A stretch of 63,808 nt of DNA, the filler included, from Octopus bimaculoides (lineage: Eukaryota), in the NCBI RefSeq assembly GCF_001194135.2. It is 6 parts of 6 records of this genome, joined end to end, with 100 filler letters (N's around TTAATTAATTAA, not from the genome) between each part and the next. Parts side by side here need not be neighbours in the genome. Positions count along the whole stretch, not along the records: positions 50,018 to 54,785 come from NC_069002.1; positions 54,886 to 62,292 come from NC_069010.1; positions 62,393 to 63,808 come from NW_026371528.1; 3 more parts are not named here. One strand, written 5' to 3'. Below are positions 51,581 to 63,808 of this stretch, piece by piece (the stretch's first letter is position 1; each line of letters begins with the position of its first letter). The notes beneath the pieces were generated by a model. It saw nothing but the letters and a program-made list of their open reading frames with translations, made no database searches and was not told the origin of the DNA. Position numbers and translations under genes: made by a program.

Positions 51581-52060
51581 CACACCCACACACAAACCAA
51601 TACATATATAAATATATATCTATATATATATATATTTATATCAATATATATAAATATAAAGACACAGCCATGCGTGTACACACACACACACACACTCACA
51701 CACGCATACACACAAGCACACACAAATATTCATTCAGCTGTTATTGAATGCTGTCGTTTTATAAGTTTTTTCAGTTGAAAGCCAAACTATGGTAAGATTG
51801 GAATGAAGAATATGAAATATCAAAAATACAAAATGAAACATATAAAACCCAAAAAGATCGGATGTAAAACAGCCTCTCCAAAGCCAGACATCAGGACATC
51901 TATTAGAATATTAAGCTAGGTTTTTGAAAACTTTTTGTCTCAATATTTGTTTATAGGAAAAAAATTTACATTAATATAAAATCCACCACGGTTTTGTTAT
52001 TCTTATTATTATTATTAATTCTTTTAATAATATTTTTTTAAATTTTACATATAAGCTTCT

Positions 52061-53022
52061 TTGGCATGTTGTTATTGTTGTTGGTGCTTTTGTTGTTGCT
52101 GCTCTTCTTCTTCTTCTTCTTCTTCTTCTGCTTCTTCTTCTTCTTCTTCTTCTCCCCCTCCTCCTCTTCCTTCATCTTTTTGTTCGTTTTCTTCTTCTTC
52201 TCCCCTCCTCCTCCTCCTTTTTCTTCTTCTTTTTCTTCTTTTTCTATTTCTTCTTTTTCTTCTTCTTCTTCTTCCCTATTCTTCTTCTCCTCCTCCTCCT
52301 TTTCCCTCCTCCTCCTCCTCCTTTTTCCTCCTCCTTTTCCTCCTCCTTTTCCTCCTCCTCCTCCTCCTTCTTCTGCTGCATCATCGTCATCATCATCGTC
52401 ATCATCATCGTCATCATCATTGTCATCACCGTCATCATATCACTATGGTTGTCATTGTCATTGTGGTCCTCACCATCATTGTCTTCTTTTCGTTTTCTTC
52501 TTCATATCACAATCATCATCACCACCACCACCATCATTTATTTATTTATTTATTCTTTTATTTCATTCCATTCCCAAACTTTCAAAAATAATTCCATCTT
52601 CTTCTTTTCTCAACTTCTTTTGCACCAATTTTCAACCAAACTGAAATTCTTGCCATTGCTCTCCTTCTTCTTCTTGTCTTTGCTGTTGCTTTTGCTTTTT
52701 TGTTTTTGTTGTTGCTTTTGTTGTTGTTTTTCCTGCTTTTGTTGTTGTTGTTTTGCTGTTGTTTTTGTTGTCTTTGTTGCTGTTGCTGTTTTTGTTGTTT
52801 CTACTGTTATTGTTTTTGTTGCTAGTGTTTTTCTTCTTGTTTTTGTTATTTTTGCCTTTTGTTTTTTGTTTTTTGTCATTATTTTTGTGTATCTGTGTAT
52901 CATACTTAATGTAGACACATCGCAGAACACCAGAAGAATTGTGGTATTCGTCCTGATGAACTCAGCTGGGCTTGGTTGGGGCTAACATCGAAACAGCTAG
53001 TTCTGAAGGTCAGAGGACATCA

Positions 53023-53085
<63 letters not shown>

Positions 53086-53855
53086 TAGTAGTTAGTAGTT
53101 GTAGTAGTAGTAGTAGCAACAACAATAACAGTAGTAGTATTAGTAGTGGTGGTGGTGGTCATGGTCGTGGTAGTAGTGGCCGTGGTCATTGTCGTCATAG
53201 TGGCAGTGGTGATGGTGGCAGTGGTGGTAACAGTTGTCGCAGTAAGTGTGTGAAGGTGCTTGGCTTAGTGGTTAGGGCATTTGGCTCCTGGATCGTAAGG
53301 TTGTCAGTTCAATTCCCAGTGGTGTGTTGTGTCCTTGAGCAAGACACTTAATTTCAAAAAAGTTGTACCTGTAATTGAAAGGGGGCCAGCCTTGTCCCAT
53401 TCTGTGTCACACTGAATCTCCCTGAGAACTATGCTATGGGTTATGTGTGTCTGTGGAGTGCTCAGCCACTTGCACGTTAATTTCAAGAGCAGGGTGTTCG
53501 GTTGATTATTGGTTTAGTCATAGAAGAGGAGGAGGAGGAGAACGGGAAGAAAAATGAGGAGGAGGAGGAGGAGGAGGAGGAGAAAGAGAAGAAGAAGGAG
53601 GAGGAGAATGATAACGGGAAGAAAGAGGAGGAGGTGGAGAAGGGGGAGGAGAAGAAGATGAAGAATGAAGAAGAAGGAAGAGGAAAACAAGAAGAAAAAG
53701 AAGAAAAGGATACAGGAGGAGAACGTGAAGTAATTATAACAGTAGTGGTGGTGATGATATTAGCAGTGGAGGTGGTCGTGGTAGTAGTGGTGTTAGTGAT
53801 GTTGCTGAGGTGGTTAGTGGTAGCGGTGATAGTGGTGGTAGATGTAGATGTGATT

Positions 53856-53889
<34 letters not shown>

Positions 53890-53900
53890 TAGCAGCAGCA
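52061..53900. repeat. Large compound triplet-repeat, low-complexity region
   Basis: TCT, CCT, CAT, TTG, AGT and GAG runs. Confidence 0.95.
53253..53495 (+). mobile_element. SINE family D
   Basis: Same head; GTGTCCTTGAGCAAGACACT segment; family B-type body. Confidence 0.75.
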
Positions 53901-54289
53901 GCTGTAATGGGGAAAAAATAAACAGAAAACGAGAGGAGACGGTGCATCATCTTTGAGTGTGTGGGGCAGTCGAGCCGGAGGTTCGGAGTGTGTCTCTGCA
54001 AAAGTTCTTGCCAACCAACCGGATAGCTTTCTTTTGGATGCTGTCTAAAATAATGGTGTACGTAACAGCGAACGGTGCCACCGTTCCAGATTTGTGATTA
54101 GCTATTCTCTCTATTTCAGCGAACATTGATTTTAATATAATTATGGAATGGTGATTAAAACCACCCAGCCATGTCGAATGTAGAGAAAAAGTAAATTGAA
54201 ACAATATTGATGTAGATAAAACATACTTCTTTCTCTCTGTATTTGGTAGAATTTGATGATTTCCAACTGGTGTTTGATAATTAGTTAAA

Positions 54290-54430
54290 CTTCCCAACCA
54301 CATGGTTCTGGGTTCAGGTTCCACTGCATACCACCTTGGGCAACTAACTGTATTTTTTCTTCTATATCTCAGGTTGACCAAAGCCTTGTGAGTGGATTTG
54401 GTAGATGGAAACTGAAAGAAACCTGTCATG
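54290..54430 (+). mobile_element. SINE family C 5' half
   Basis: AACCACATGGTTCTGGGTTCAG...GACCAAAGCCTTGTGAGTGGATTTGG. Confidence 0.7.
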
Positions 54431-54459
54431 AATATACATACACAGACATACACACACTA

Positions 54460-54498
<39 letters not shown>

Positions 54499-54678
54499 AA
54501 CATACATATATCTATATATATATATGTACACAGACATGCAGGAAGTAAATAGACACATTTAATTTTCAAAATTTCTCATCTAAGCATCTTAATATGTTTT
54601 CAGCAGTGTAGAATTTACAATGTAATTATTCTTTCTCATTCCAGGTGCCATTATATTAAACATTTGCAAAGAGTAACC

Positions 54679-54785
54679 ATGCCACACACAAAAAATTCAG
54701 CACAACTGTCAGATTTTCAAAGAGGTCGTATTGTTGGGCAATCTGAGGCTGGTTTTAGCCAGCGAAAAATTACCGAAAATCTTCA
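54679..54785 (+). mobile_element. Tc1-like transposase N-terminus, cut by scaffold join
   Basis: [35 protein letters not shown] fits the Tc1 first helix-turn-helix pattern. Confidence 0.7.
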
Positions 54786-54891
54786 NNNNNNNNNNNNNNN
54801 NNNNNNNNNNNNNNNNNNNNNNNNNNNNNTTAATTAATTAANNNNNNNNNNNNNNNNNNNNNNNNNNNNNNNNNNNNNNNNNNNNACGCAG

Positions 54892-55022
54892 CTAGTACTT
54901 AATTTATCGACCCCGAAAGGGTGAAAGGCAAAGTCGACCTCAGCAGAATTTGAATTCAGAACGTAAAGACAAACGAAATACCGCAAAGCATTTCGCCCAG
55001 CTGCTAACGTTCCTGCCAGCTC
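54892..55022 (-). mobile_element. SINE family A 5' half
   Basis: Matches other family A copies. Confidence 0.75.
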
Positions 55023-55149
55023 AATGCGCGTGCGCATGTGTGCGTGCGTGCGTGTACGCGTGTGTGTGTGTGTGTGTGTGTGTGNNNNNNNNNNNNNNTG
55101 CGTGTGTGTGTTTGCGTGCGCGCGCGCGTACTCCACAACTACTTGACAA

Positions 55150-55300
55150 TTAGACGTTGGTGTGTTTAATTTCCTGTATTCTAGCGGTTCGGCAATAGAG
55201 TCCAGATTTATAATAAGTATTGGGGGCGCTCTCGTCCGATAAAATTCTCCAAGACGGTGCTCCAGTTTGGCCGCAGTCTAATGACTGAGACACGTAAGAG
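55150..55300 (+). mobile_element. SINE family C 3' half, degraded
   Basis: GCGGTTCGGCAA and GGCCGCAGTC motifs. Confidence 0.6.
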
Positions 55301-55711
55301 ATAAAAATTAGAAAATATAAATTTGTAACAAATCTCACTCGAACCATCCAGATAATCTATCTCATTAACCTCTTTACCAATCATGCTAGTCTCAAAACGC
55401 CAAGAGTAAACTGTAAATAACAATCATTCATTAAAAACTATAATTTGGAACGAAAATATCATGTGTATAACAGGCACAAAACTCCCAAAGTAAACTTAAT
55501 TTCTTTCTTTTCTATAAATCTTTAAGAGACGACAAGTCCGCTAAAGAAAGGGGCAACAGTGACTCCAGAGGGATTGTTTCTAACTTGTCTGAATACTTTA
55601 CTAGCAAACGAAATGTATTTATTATATGATATTAACTTTATTAACTCATTTAAATTATCTTTTCTTATTTACTAGATATTAGATGTAAATAGATATATTA
55701 GATATGTAAAT

Positions 55712-55768
55712 GAGTGGTTGTGGGGTAAGTAGCTTGCTTACCAGCCACATGGTTCCGGGTTCAGTCCC
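55712..55768 (+). mobile_element. SINE family C head, cut by gap
   Basis: GTAAGTAGCTTGCTTACCAGCCACATGGTTCCGGGTTCAGTCCC. Confidence 0.7.
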
Positions 55769-57560
55769 NNNNNNNNNNNNNNNNNNNNNNNNNNNNNNNN
55801 NNNNNNNNNNNNNNNNNNNNNNNNNNNNNNNNNNNNNNNNNNNNNNNNNNNNNNNNNNNNNNNNNNNNNNNNNNNNNNNNNNNNNNNNNNNNNNNNNNNN
55901 NNNNNNNNNNNNNNNNNNNNNNNNNNNNNNNNNNNNNNNNNNNNNNNNNNNNNNNNNNNNNNNNNNNNNNNNNNNNNNNNNNNNNNNNNNNNNNNNNNNN
56001 NNNNNNNNNNNNNNNNNNNNNNNNNNNNNNNNNNNNNNNNNNNNNNNNNNNNNNNNNNNNNNNNNNNNNNNNNNNNNNNNNNNNNNNNNNNNNNNNNNNN
56101 NNNNNNNNNNNNNNNNNNNNNNNNNNNNNNNNNNNNNNNNNNNNNNNNNNNNNNNNNNNNNNNNNNNNNNNNNNNNNNNNNNNNNNNNNNNNNNNNNNNN
56201 NNNNNNNNNNNNNNNNNNNNNNNNNNNNNNNNNNNNNNNNNNNNNNNNNNNNNNNNNNNNNNNNNNNNNNNNNNNNNNNNNNNNNNNNNNNNNNNNNNNN
56301 NNNNNNNNNNNNNNNNNNNNNNNNNNNNNNNNNNNNNNNNNNNNNNNNNNNNNNNNNNNNNNNNNNNNNNNNNNNNNNNNNNNNNNNNNNNNNNNNNNNN
56401 NNNNNNNNNNNNNNNNNNNNNNNNNNNNNNNNNNNNNNNNNNNNNNNNNNNNNNNNNNNNNNNNNNNNNNNNNNNNNNNNNNNNNNNNNNNNNNNNNNNN
56501 NNNNNNNNNNNNNNNNNNNNTTTTCTCCTACCTGATTTAAGCAAAATCAATGAATTTGGATATTCATTTTTCTACCAGAACTAAATAGAGATCAGTATAT
56601 ATTGTGGAAAAGTTATGCGCATGCATCGTCCTAGTTGGGTTCATATTCCTAAATTTATCCAAATATTTCACGTACGACGTATGCTGAAGAATGAATGNNN
56701 NNNNNNNNNNNNNNNNNNNNNNNNNNNNNNNNNNNNNNNNNNNNNNNNNNNNNNNNNNNNNNNNNNNNNNNNNNNNNNTCTTGCTTCTTTTCTCCGGTTC
56801 TAAATCTCAAGAAAACAACTATGTACTGCATTTTATTGCCTAAATTTTATAGAATTTATATGATTATGATATTATAACATTAGTTATGATCACGACAGTA
56901 AGATTTCGTTCGGTGATTTTGTTGAAAAGTTTACGTCTGATTTTCATTCTCACTAAAATGTCTCAAGAAAAGGCATTTCTATCGCCGAGAAAGACATAAA
57001 TATCATATCCTTTTATTTTCTAGATTTCTGAAATGTCACACTTTATGTCTTCTTAAAGATTTCTATTTTTCTTTATATCTAAGTCCCGTGCGAAACCACC
57101 AAAGGAGATTGCGTCGCAGATGATAAGAGGGGAGAAGAGATCTGTAAAAAAACTTGTTTCAGAAATCCCAGTAAGTTCATAAGTATTAATTATATTTAAC
57201 ACCATTTGATTTAATCACATACGGCAGCTCTTATTCTCATATTTTGTATGATCCCTCATCCTAGAATCCTTCAATAAAATGTGTTATTCTACATTACGTA
57301 TGTTTTTGCAGCGCGTGTTGTTGCAAGGGCAGACGAACTGTAGATTTTTGACAGACGAACTGTAGACAGGAATTTTGCTGCGTGTTAGCTAGTTAGCTAG
57401 GGATCTGGTCTGCAACGAAGTAGACTTCCGGTTGAGCTGGCTTCGAAGAAGCAGAAGTAACTGGCGGTTGTCTCTCCGATGTACTTAAAAGAATAAATCT
57501 TTCACTAACACATTCTCGTCTCCATGAGTTTACTTGTGTACAGCTTAACAAAGCTACAAC

Positions 57561-57575
57561 TGGTGACCTCGATGA
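57561..57575 (+). promoter_or_regulatory. Primer-binding site, tRNA-Trp-like
   Basis: TGGTGACCTCGATG lies 2 nt after the LTR-terminal CA and resembles TGGTGACCCCGACG, the complement of the animal tRNA-Trp 3' end. Confidence 0.65.
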
Positions 57576-58102
57576 TAGAACAACAGCTCTCGCTATCGAA
57601 ATAAACATGGCAAGCGATCACAAAACAACACTGTAACTACTACAATTGTGGCCTAAGAGGGCTGAGCTATGGTTCATGCAGGCGGAAGCCCAATTTAACA
57701 TATACAAAATAACTGCTGACCTAACGAAATATTCGTACGCTGTAGCGGCACTGGATGAATATACGGCAATGAGGGCGCTGGACATTTTAACCGCTACCTC
57801 CAGTAAACGCACAAATATACCACATGAAATGACAGACTGGTGGATACATTCCAGCACAGCGAATGAGAAGAGGCGGCTAAAATACTGGAGGAGGAATTAG
57901 GCGATTCTAAGCCTTCGAAGTTGATGAACAAGATGTTGACATTATTCCCTCCGGGTGAGTCACCTTCCTTCTTGTTTAGGGAAATATTCCTCAGTGAATT
58001 ATCGCCCCAGGTCCAGCACTGATAACTCAGACCGAGGTCAAAGGCTTGCGGCAGTCAGCGAAAGCAGCTGACAGACATTTTTTATCCAGTGGTGCTATGG
58101 TC

Positions 58103-58187
58103 ATAGGGGTGGCCCCCGAGACATAGGGGTGGCCCCNNNNNNNNNNATAGGGGTGGCCCCCGAGACATAGGGGTGGCCCCCAAGACA
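58103..58187. repeat. 20-bp tandem repeat (ATAGGGGTGGCCCCCGAGAC) within the Gypsy gag region
   Basis: About four copies visible, split by a 10-N gap, so copy number is uncertain. Confidence 0.7.
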
Positions 58188-60175
58188 TGGTTAAGCAAGA
58201 TGATTTGTGCTTCTACTACACAAAGTTCGGGGGAAATGTTACGAAGTACAAACAATCATGTAATTTCAGAACCCCTTCACCATTAGTCCAGGGTAACTCC
58301 AGGGCCAGCTGCCATTGAATGCTCCGGTGGCCGGCAGATATGATCAAGTGCTCCTGTATGTCTGCAATCGGAGCTTCGGACACAGGTTCCTAATCGATAC
58401 ATGAGCAGAAGTCAGCGTGATTCCAGCATCGGCAAGGGGGCCTCTGTTACGAAAAGCGGGGTCAACATTTAAGAGCCGCCAACGGGTCCACAATCGAGGC
58501 GTACGCTCGCCGCATCCTTTCTCTTAACATCGGCTCACAAAAATACACATGGGTATTCACCATCGTCGGTGTCCATCAGCGGAATATCGATTCTGCAAGA
58601 AACTAGAGAGTGGCTTCGAGTATATCATAAGGAATATTTAATATTAATGGGTAACTATTATCAAATTTCAGGTAGAAGACACTAGGAAAGCTTTGTTCGT
58701 TGGCTACACATGTTTTTACAAATATCTAATTAATAAAATTAATTATGAAAATCGGAAAAAAATTGATTATGAAATATTTACCAATTTTTATTTTTAAAAT
58801 CTAAATGTAGATGGTGTTAATATAGCATGTTTTTGTTTATAGCGTTCACGTGATAAATTTTGTATTATAATACCAAATGAAAAATTTAATTTTTTCTCTG
58901 ATTTAGTTGTAGTTATCAATATAAGTATGCATTTATGAGTCTATAAAAGTTTACAATAGATATCATTTTTCAAGATTGTGAAAGATTTAAACCCCACTCC
59001 ATAAATGTTGACAAAGTTGATATATCTGGGGTAGTCCATTCTCAATAAGACTTGAGGACATATGTACGTTTGTAATGTTCTCTTCTATGAATGTTCAGTC
59101 TTGAAATTATCCTAATACTACGAGTTACCTATCAAAATTAAATGGAAGAAGCCTCTTAAATGTTTTAGAACTTCAATATTTCAAGAAGATTAGAAAAAAT
59201 AATAAAACAACCTAAAAGTCTACGCTGATGAATAGCCCCCGTCGTTGGTTGGCCTACTCAAATCATACCCTAATATTCTGAGAAAGAAATGGACGCACTG
59301 AATAATGTAGAAACGGGATAGACATGGGTGTANNNNNNNNNNNNNNNNNNNNNNNNNNNNNNNNNNNNNNNNNNNNNNNNNNNNNNNNNNNNNNNNNNNN
59401 NNNNNNNNNNNNNNNNNNNNNNNNNNNNNNNNNNNNNNNNNNNNNNNNNNNNNNNNNNNNNNNNNNNNNNNNNNNNNNNNNNNNNNNNNNNNNNNNNNNN
59501 NNNNNNNNNNNNNNNNNNNNNNNNNNNNNNNNNNNNNNNNNNNNNNNNNNNNNNNNNNNNNNNNNNNNNNNNNNNNNNNNNNNNNNNNNNNNNNNNNNNN
59601 NNNNNNNNNNNNNNNNNNNNNNNNNNNNNNNNNNNNNNNNNNNNNNNNNNNNNNNNNNNNNNNNNNNNNNNNNNTCTTCACCCTATGTTAATCTAAAGAC
59701 GTTTGCATATTCATTAATATTAACAAAGTCTGGGCACATGGAGTAACTAAGATCACAACATAAACAATTAAATATAAGACTTCTTTTTCTGCGGTATGTT
59801 AAAAGAGAAAGTTTACTCAATAAAGATTACAAATTTATTTATTAACATTATNNNNNNNNNNNNNNNNNNNNNNNNNNNNNNNNNNNNNNNNNNNNNNNNN
59901 NNNNNNNNNNNNCTGTATAATAAGTTAATGTTAAAAGTAGGCAGAAGAGCGTCGTACAAGTAAACTGTTTGCAAATTGAACCTAATAGTAATACGTAGAT
60001 TGATTTATTTCTCATTATTGAGATTGCTCTTTATATGGTATGAATCTTTCTTCACACTATGTTCATCTGTAGACGTTTGTATAACTTAGATATTGATTAA
60101 TAATAACGAAATAAATATTATGAATTGTTGTTGTAAGAAATTTTGTGATATTGTTGATGATTGATTTTTCTTCAG

Positions 60176-60328
60176 CTATTTGTAATCTGCTTGTGGGAAC
60201 TGACTTGTTTGGAAAAGACCAAAAATACCAATGTCACTGTAACCACCTAAGTGACTGTGAGAACCAGATCTTTAGTAAATGTGAAAATGGATGCTTACTT
60301 GGATATAAAGAGCCATATTGCCAAACAC
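60176..60328 (+). CDS. Isolated EGF-like (MEGF/laminin-EGF type) exon of an unidentified gene
   Basis: TTCAG acceptor and GTAAG donor; 153 nt, symmetric phase 1-1. Encodes AICNLLVGTDLFGKDQKYQCHCNHLSDCENQIFSKCENGCLLGYKEPYCQT, with the CHC..C..C..GC..G..P.CQ spacing of molluscan EGF-repeat proteins. Confidence 0.68.
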
Positions 60329-60489
60329 GTAAGNNNNNNNNNNGGATGCTTACTTGGATATAAAGAGCCATATTGCCAAACACGTAAGTAAAACAATAGC
60401 CTGTATTCTCGACCTGAGTGAGTTCTCATAACGTGACGTTGTGATGGTGTACAATGTGTATTATTATTGGAGGAATTAACGGTGTTATG

Positions 60490-61620
60490 TATGCCTACTT
60501 CTTGTATATATTGAATTTCCTCACGGTACCCAGCCCCAGCTAAAGCAGTATTATAATAAACTATATGTGATTCGAATCTTTTTTTTTTNNNNNNNNNNCT
60601 AAAGCAGTATTATAATAAACTATATGTGATTCGAATCTTTTTTTTTTTCTTTTAGCGGATAATCTAGAAATTCTTGTAAAAATATCCTTAATTCCCTATT
60701 ATCGAGGGTGAATATTTGGATGCTACATTTATGTACTTAATATGATCATTTGGCTTATGAAATGGNNNNNNNNNNTGATCATTTGGCTTATGAAATGGTT
60801 CAAATAATCCAGTATCAAGACAGAATGTAGCGTCAATAAAATCTACTCTACGATAAACCTTTCCCATAGTAATGTTTAGTCCTAAATTCTTTAGAAACCT
60901 AAAGAAATGTTTCCTATGCGTTTCTAATTGTACTTTACTATCTCTGTCCAGAAAGAATAGAGGGCCATCTCGAAATAAACCCCCTATTACCTCTGGAAAG
61001 GAAGACTGGATAAATGATAGGACATATATTCCGACTGTCTGTGTCCTGTGCAGAGTGAGATGACCCCATCGCTCTATCAATAGCATTCTCCCTATCTGAT
61101 CTACTCCACAATCTACCATCAAAATCTTCTAAAGTAACTCGCGCGGCAAGTATTATATCTATTCCGCGTCGGAGCTAATTAGAATTTCTCATTCTATAAA
61201 TCAGGATTTTATTGAGGAGGGTCGGGTTAAAAGTGGTGTAAAAACTCTCTATATCTAGTTGCAAGAATTTACTATTCTTGCTAATATCTAGAAGCTTAAA
61301 CCATCCAACCACCTCTTGAGTATCTGACCACAAGGCTAATCTAATTTTAGGCTCAAGGGTGCGTAGTACTCTATCAATGATTTTCTTCCTAATAATCCCT
61401 ATATCAGATTTAAAAGGACAAATCAATCTAAATGAGAGGTGAATTAGAATGTTATCTATATGGTATGTAATCATATGCAGGAAATGACATTGGCTATTTT
61501 GGGTAACTTTGCATTCGCTTGAGATCATAATACTCTGTTACTCCTGAGCTTGCGATCTATACTGGCACTGGATATCTTACCCTGACTTATTTCTGGATTA
61601 TGTGAATGGCGTGGAGAGAA
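60490..61620 (-). mobile_element. Penelope-like retroelement reverse transcriptase remnant
   Basis: Minus-strand peptides RLICPFKSDIG, FLQLDIESFY, VGIYVLS, GLFRDG, VDFIDATF, FHKPND..YIN are typical PLE RT motifs; disrupted by frameshifts and stops. Confidence 0.85.
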
Positions 61621-61859
61621 GGACATATCTGGTCGCATAGGAAGCCACCGCATCACGCATGGATGCCGCGGGCATGAACACGGTTCAACCGAACCACATG
61701 CATAATAACATCATGCTCGGGCATTGCTGACATTTTGCACGGACATTGGTCAGTGTTGGTCTTCCTCGGTCACCAGTGGATAGCCATCATGTATGTCTTA
61801 TAATATATAACAGTTTGGCTCAACTACATATGATTTAAAGCTTCGTAATCGCTTAAAAT

Positions 61860-62075
61860 ATTGGTTTCAAATTTTGGCAGAGGGTCAGCTGTTTCGGTTG
61901 ATGGGTTAAGTTGATTACATCGACCCCCAGTGATCAACGGGTACTTACTTTATCGACCCCAAAAGGATAAAAAGCAAAGTTGACCGTGGCGGAATTTGCA
62001 CACAGATCGTGGAGACGGACAAAATACCGCTAAGCAATTTGCCCGCCGTGCTCACTTTTCTGCCAGCTCAGCGCT
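61860..62075 (-). mobile_element. SINE family A
   Basis: Matches other family A copies. Confidence 0.8.
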
Positions 62076-62250
62076 TTAGAAAGATAAAATGCTGTTACGC
62101 ATTCTGTTCAGTGTGCATACGAACCTGCCAACTCACCGCCTTCTTTACATAAAAATATTGATCAGTGTATTCGATCTCACCATCTCACGACAAGTATAAC
62201 GTAGTGATGAAAGATTTGTTTGTATTTTCGTTCACAATACAAATGTATGT

Positions 62251-62292
62251 GGAGGCGCAATGGCCCAGTGGTTAGGGCAGTGGACTCGCGGT
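62251..62292 (+). mobile_element. SINE family B head, cut by scaffold join
   Basis: GGAGGCGCAATGGCCCAGTGGTTAGGGCAG. Confidence 0.75.
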
Positions 62293-62819
62293 NNNNNNNN
62301 NNNNNNNNNNNNNNNNNNNNNNNNNNNNNNNNNNNNTTAATTAATTAANNNNNNNNNNNNNNNNNNNNNNNNNNNNNNNNNNNNNNNNNNNNATATATAT
62401 ATATATATGTACATGTATACATACATATATAGATCAATAAACAGACAGATAGGCAAACAGATAATGCTGATGGCACAAGGCTGAAATCCATGGCATTGAC
62501 AAATTGAAAATCTCCACTTGAGAATTAGACAATGATGATGACAACAATGATGACAACACCCATAATGATGACAATGACGAAGGGTGTAAAAAAAAATAGG
62601 GTAAGTAAATAGATGTGCAGAATGTGCATGGTGTCAGCTCCCCACTCCCCAAACAAAAAGACAATCACACAGGTTATTTCTCAAGTGGGATATATATCAC
62701 CAGTCTTGTATTTCTCCCACCAGTTTGGTATTGAATGGATCTGAATGAGGTAAAGCAATTGATATTACTAGATTCTAGGAAGACTATAAAGCACAGTACG
62801 GAACAAGTGAAGTCAGATA

Positions 62820-62936
62820 TAGGTGTGGCTGTGTGGTAAGAAGTTTGTTTCCTAATTATATGGATCTTCTGCTATAGCCTCAGGCAAACCAAAGCCTTAT
62901 TAGTGGATTTGGTAGACAGAAAATGAAAGAAGCCTG

Positions 62937-62940
<4 letters not shown>
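62820..62940 (+). mobile_element. SINE family C 5' part with internal deletion
   Basis: GTGGCTGTGTGGTAAG head joined to CTTCTGCTATAGCC. Confidence 0.6.
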
Positions 62941-62987
<47 letters not shown>

Positions 62988-63054
62988 ACTTACTCTTCCT
63001 TTTGACTGTTTTACTTTTACTTTTTACTTTATATATATATATATTCTTTTATTC

Positions 63055-63428
63055 CTTTATTTGTTTCAGTCATTTAACTACGGCCTTGCTGGAGCACTGC
63101 ATTTAGTTGAACAAATCGACCCCTGGACTTATTCTTTGTAAGCCTAGTACTTATTCCATCAGTCTCTTTTGCCAAACTGCTAAGTTACAGGGATGTGAAC
63201 ACACCAACATCAGTTGTCAAGCGATGGTGGGGGGGACAAACACAGACACACAAACACACACATACACAAACACACACACACACACAAACACAAACACACA
63301 CACACTCACAAGGCTTTGGTCGGCCCGAGCCTATAGTAGAACACACTTGCCCAAGTTGCCAGGCAATGGGACTGAACCCAGAACCATGTGGTTGGTAAGC
63401 AAGCTACTTACCAAACAGCCAATCCTGT
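63055..63428 (-). mobile_element. SINE family C, near full length
   Basis: Matches other family C copies. Confidence 0.8.
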
Positions 63429-63439
63429 GCCTATACAGA

Positions 63440-63808
63440 CATATATCATCATCATCATCATCATTGTTTAATGTCCGCTTTTCATGCTAGCATGGGTTGG
63501 ACGATTAGATTGAGGACTGGTGAACCAGGTGGCTACACCAGGCTCCAATCTGCTTTGGCAGAGTTTCTACAGCTGGATGCCCTTCCTAACGCCAACCACT
63601 CCGAGAGTGTGGTGGGTGCTTTTACGTACCACTGGCACGAGGGACAGTCACGCGGTACTGGCAATGGCCACGCTCAAAATGGTGTTTTTTTGTGTGCCAC
63701 CTGCACAGGAGCCAGTGTAGAGGCACTGGCAATGACCTTGCTTGAATGCTTTCTAACATGCCACTGGCACAAGTGCCAGGAAGGCGACGCTGGTAACGAT
63801 CACGCTCA
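63440..63808 (-). mobile_element. Interspersed retroposon-like repeat with internal sub-repeats
   Basis: (CAT)n end, GGATGCCCTTCCTAACGCCAACC motif and recurring CTGG(C/T)AA(T/C)GA..CACGCTC sub-repeats; runs off the window. Orientation is inferred. Confidence 0.45.

Larger units (their letters stand above)
57316..58585 (+). mobile_element. Ty3/Gypsy LTR retrotransposon remnant (putative 5' LTR, PBS, gag, protease)
   Basis: Gag motifs ELWFMQAEAQF..ITADLTKY, LGDSKPSKLM and CFYYTKFG. Protease FLIDT*AEVSVIP and LRAANGSTI. LTR ends in CA at 57557-58; its start is approximate. Confidence 0.85.

Noticed and set aside
52945-53005. CTGATGA...GAAACAGCT hammerhead-like string
   Set aside because: Stem II closing pair and stem I do not form; at most a dead relic.
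59218-59275. CTGATGAATAGCCCC hammerhead-like string
   Set aside because: A partial stem II exists, but the GAAA core is replaced by CAAA and no stem I or III is evident.
60176-60328. Cys-rich exon as the missing OATP Kazal exon
   Set aside because: Phase 1 does not match the phase 2 end of exon f, Cys spacing is EGF-like without PVCG, and three scaffold joins intervene.

Overview
Animal genomic DNA from a gappy draft assembly, dense in microsatellites and SINEs. The repeat content looks like an octopus/coleoid cephalopod genome (inference, not verified). No prokaryotic operons, rRNA, CRISPR arrays or intact tRNA genes are supported, and most long ORFs in the supplied track are artefacts of N runs or microsatellites. 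Host coding sequence consists of six in-phase internal exons of an SLCO/OATP organic anion transporter on the + strand (27749-39844; exon d runs into a gap, and the first and last exons were not found) and one isolated phase 1-1 EGF-like exon (60176-60328). The rest is mostly four tRNA-headed SINE families (labelled A-D here), Penelope-like, RTE, R4/Dong, Gypsy and Tc1/mariner/maT remnants, and MITEs. Most notable: (1) a pair of type I hammerhead ribozyme motifs in a 303-nt-spaced direct repeat, followed by a 112-nt rod hairpin, on the sense strand of an OATP intron; (2) a second minimal hammerhead with an intact core in another OATP intron; (3) three SINEs separated by four copies of a 19-bp direct repeat, suggesting serial insertion into one target site.
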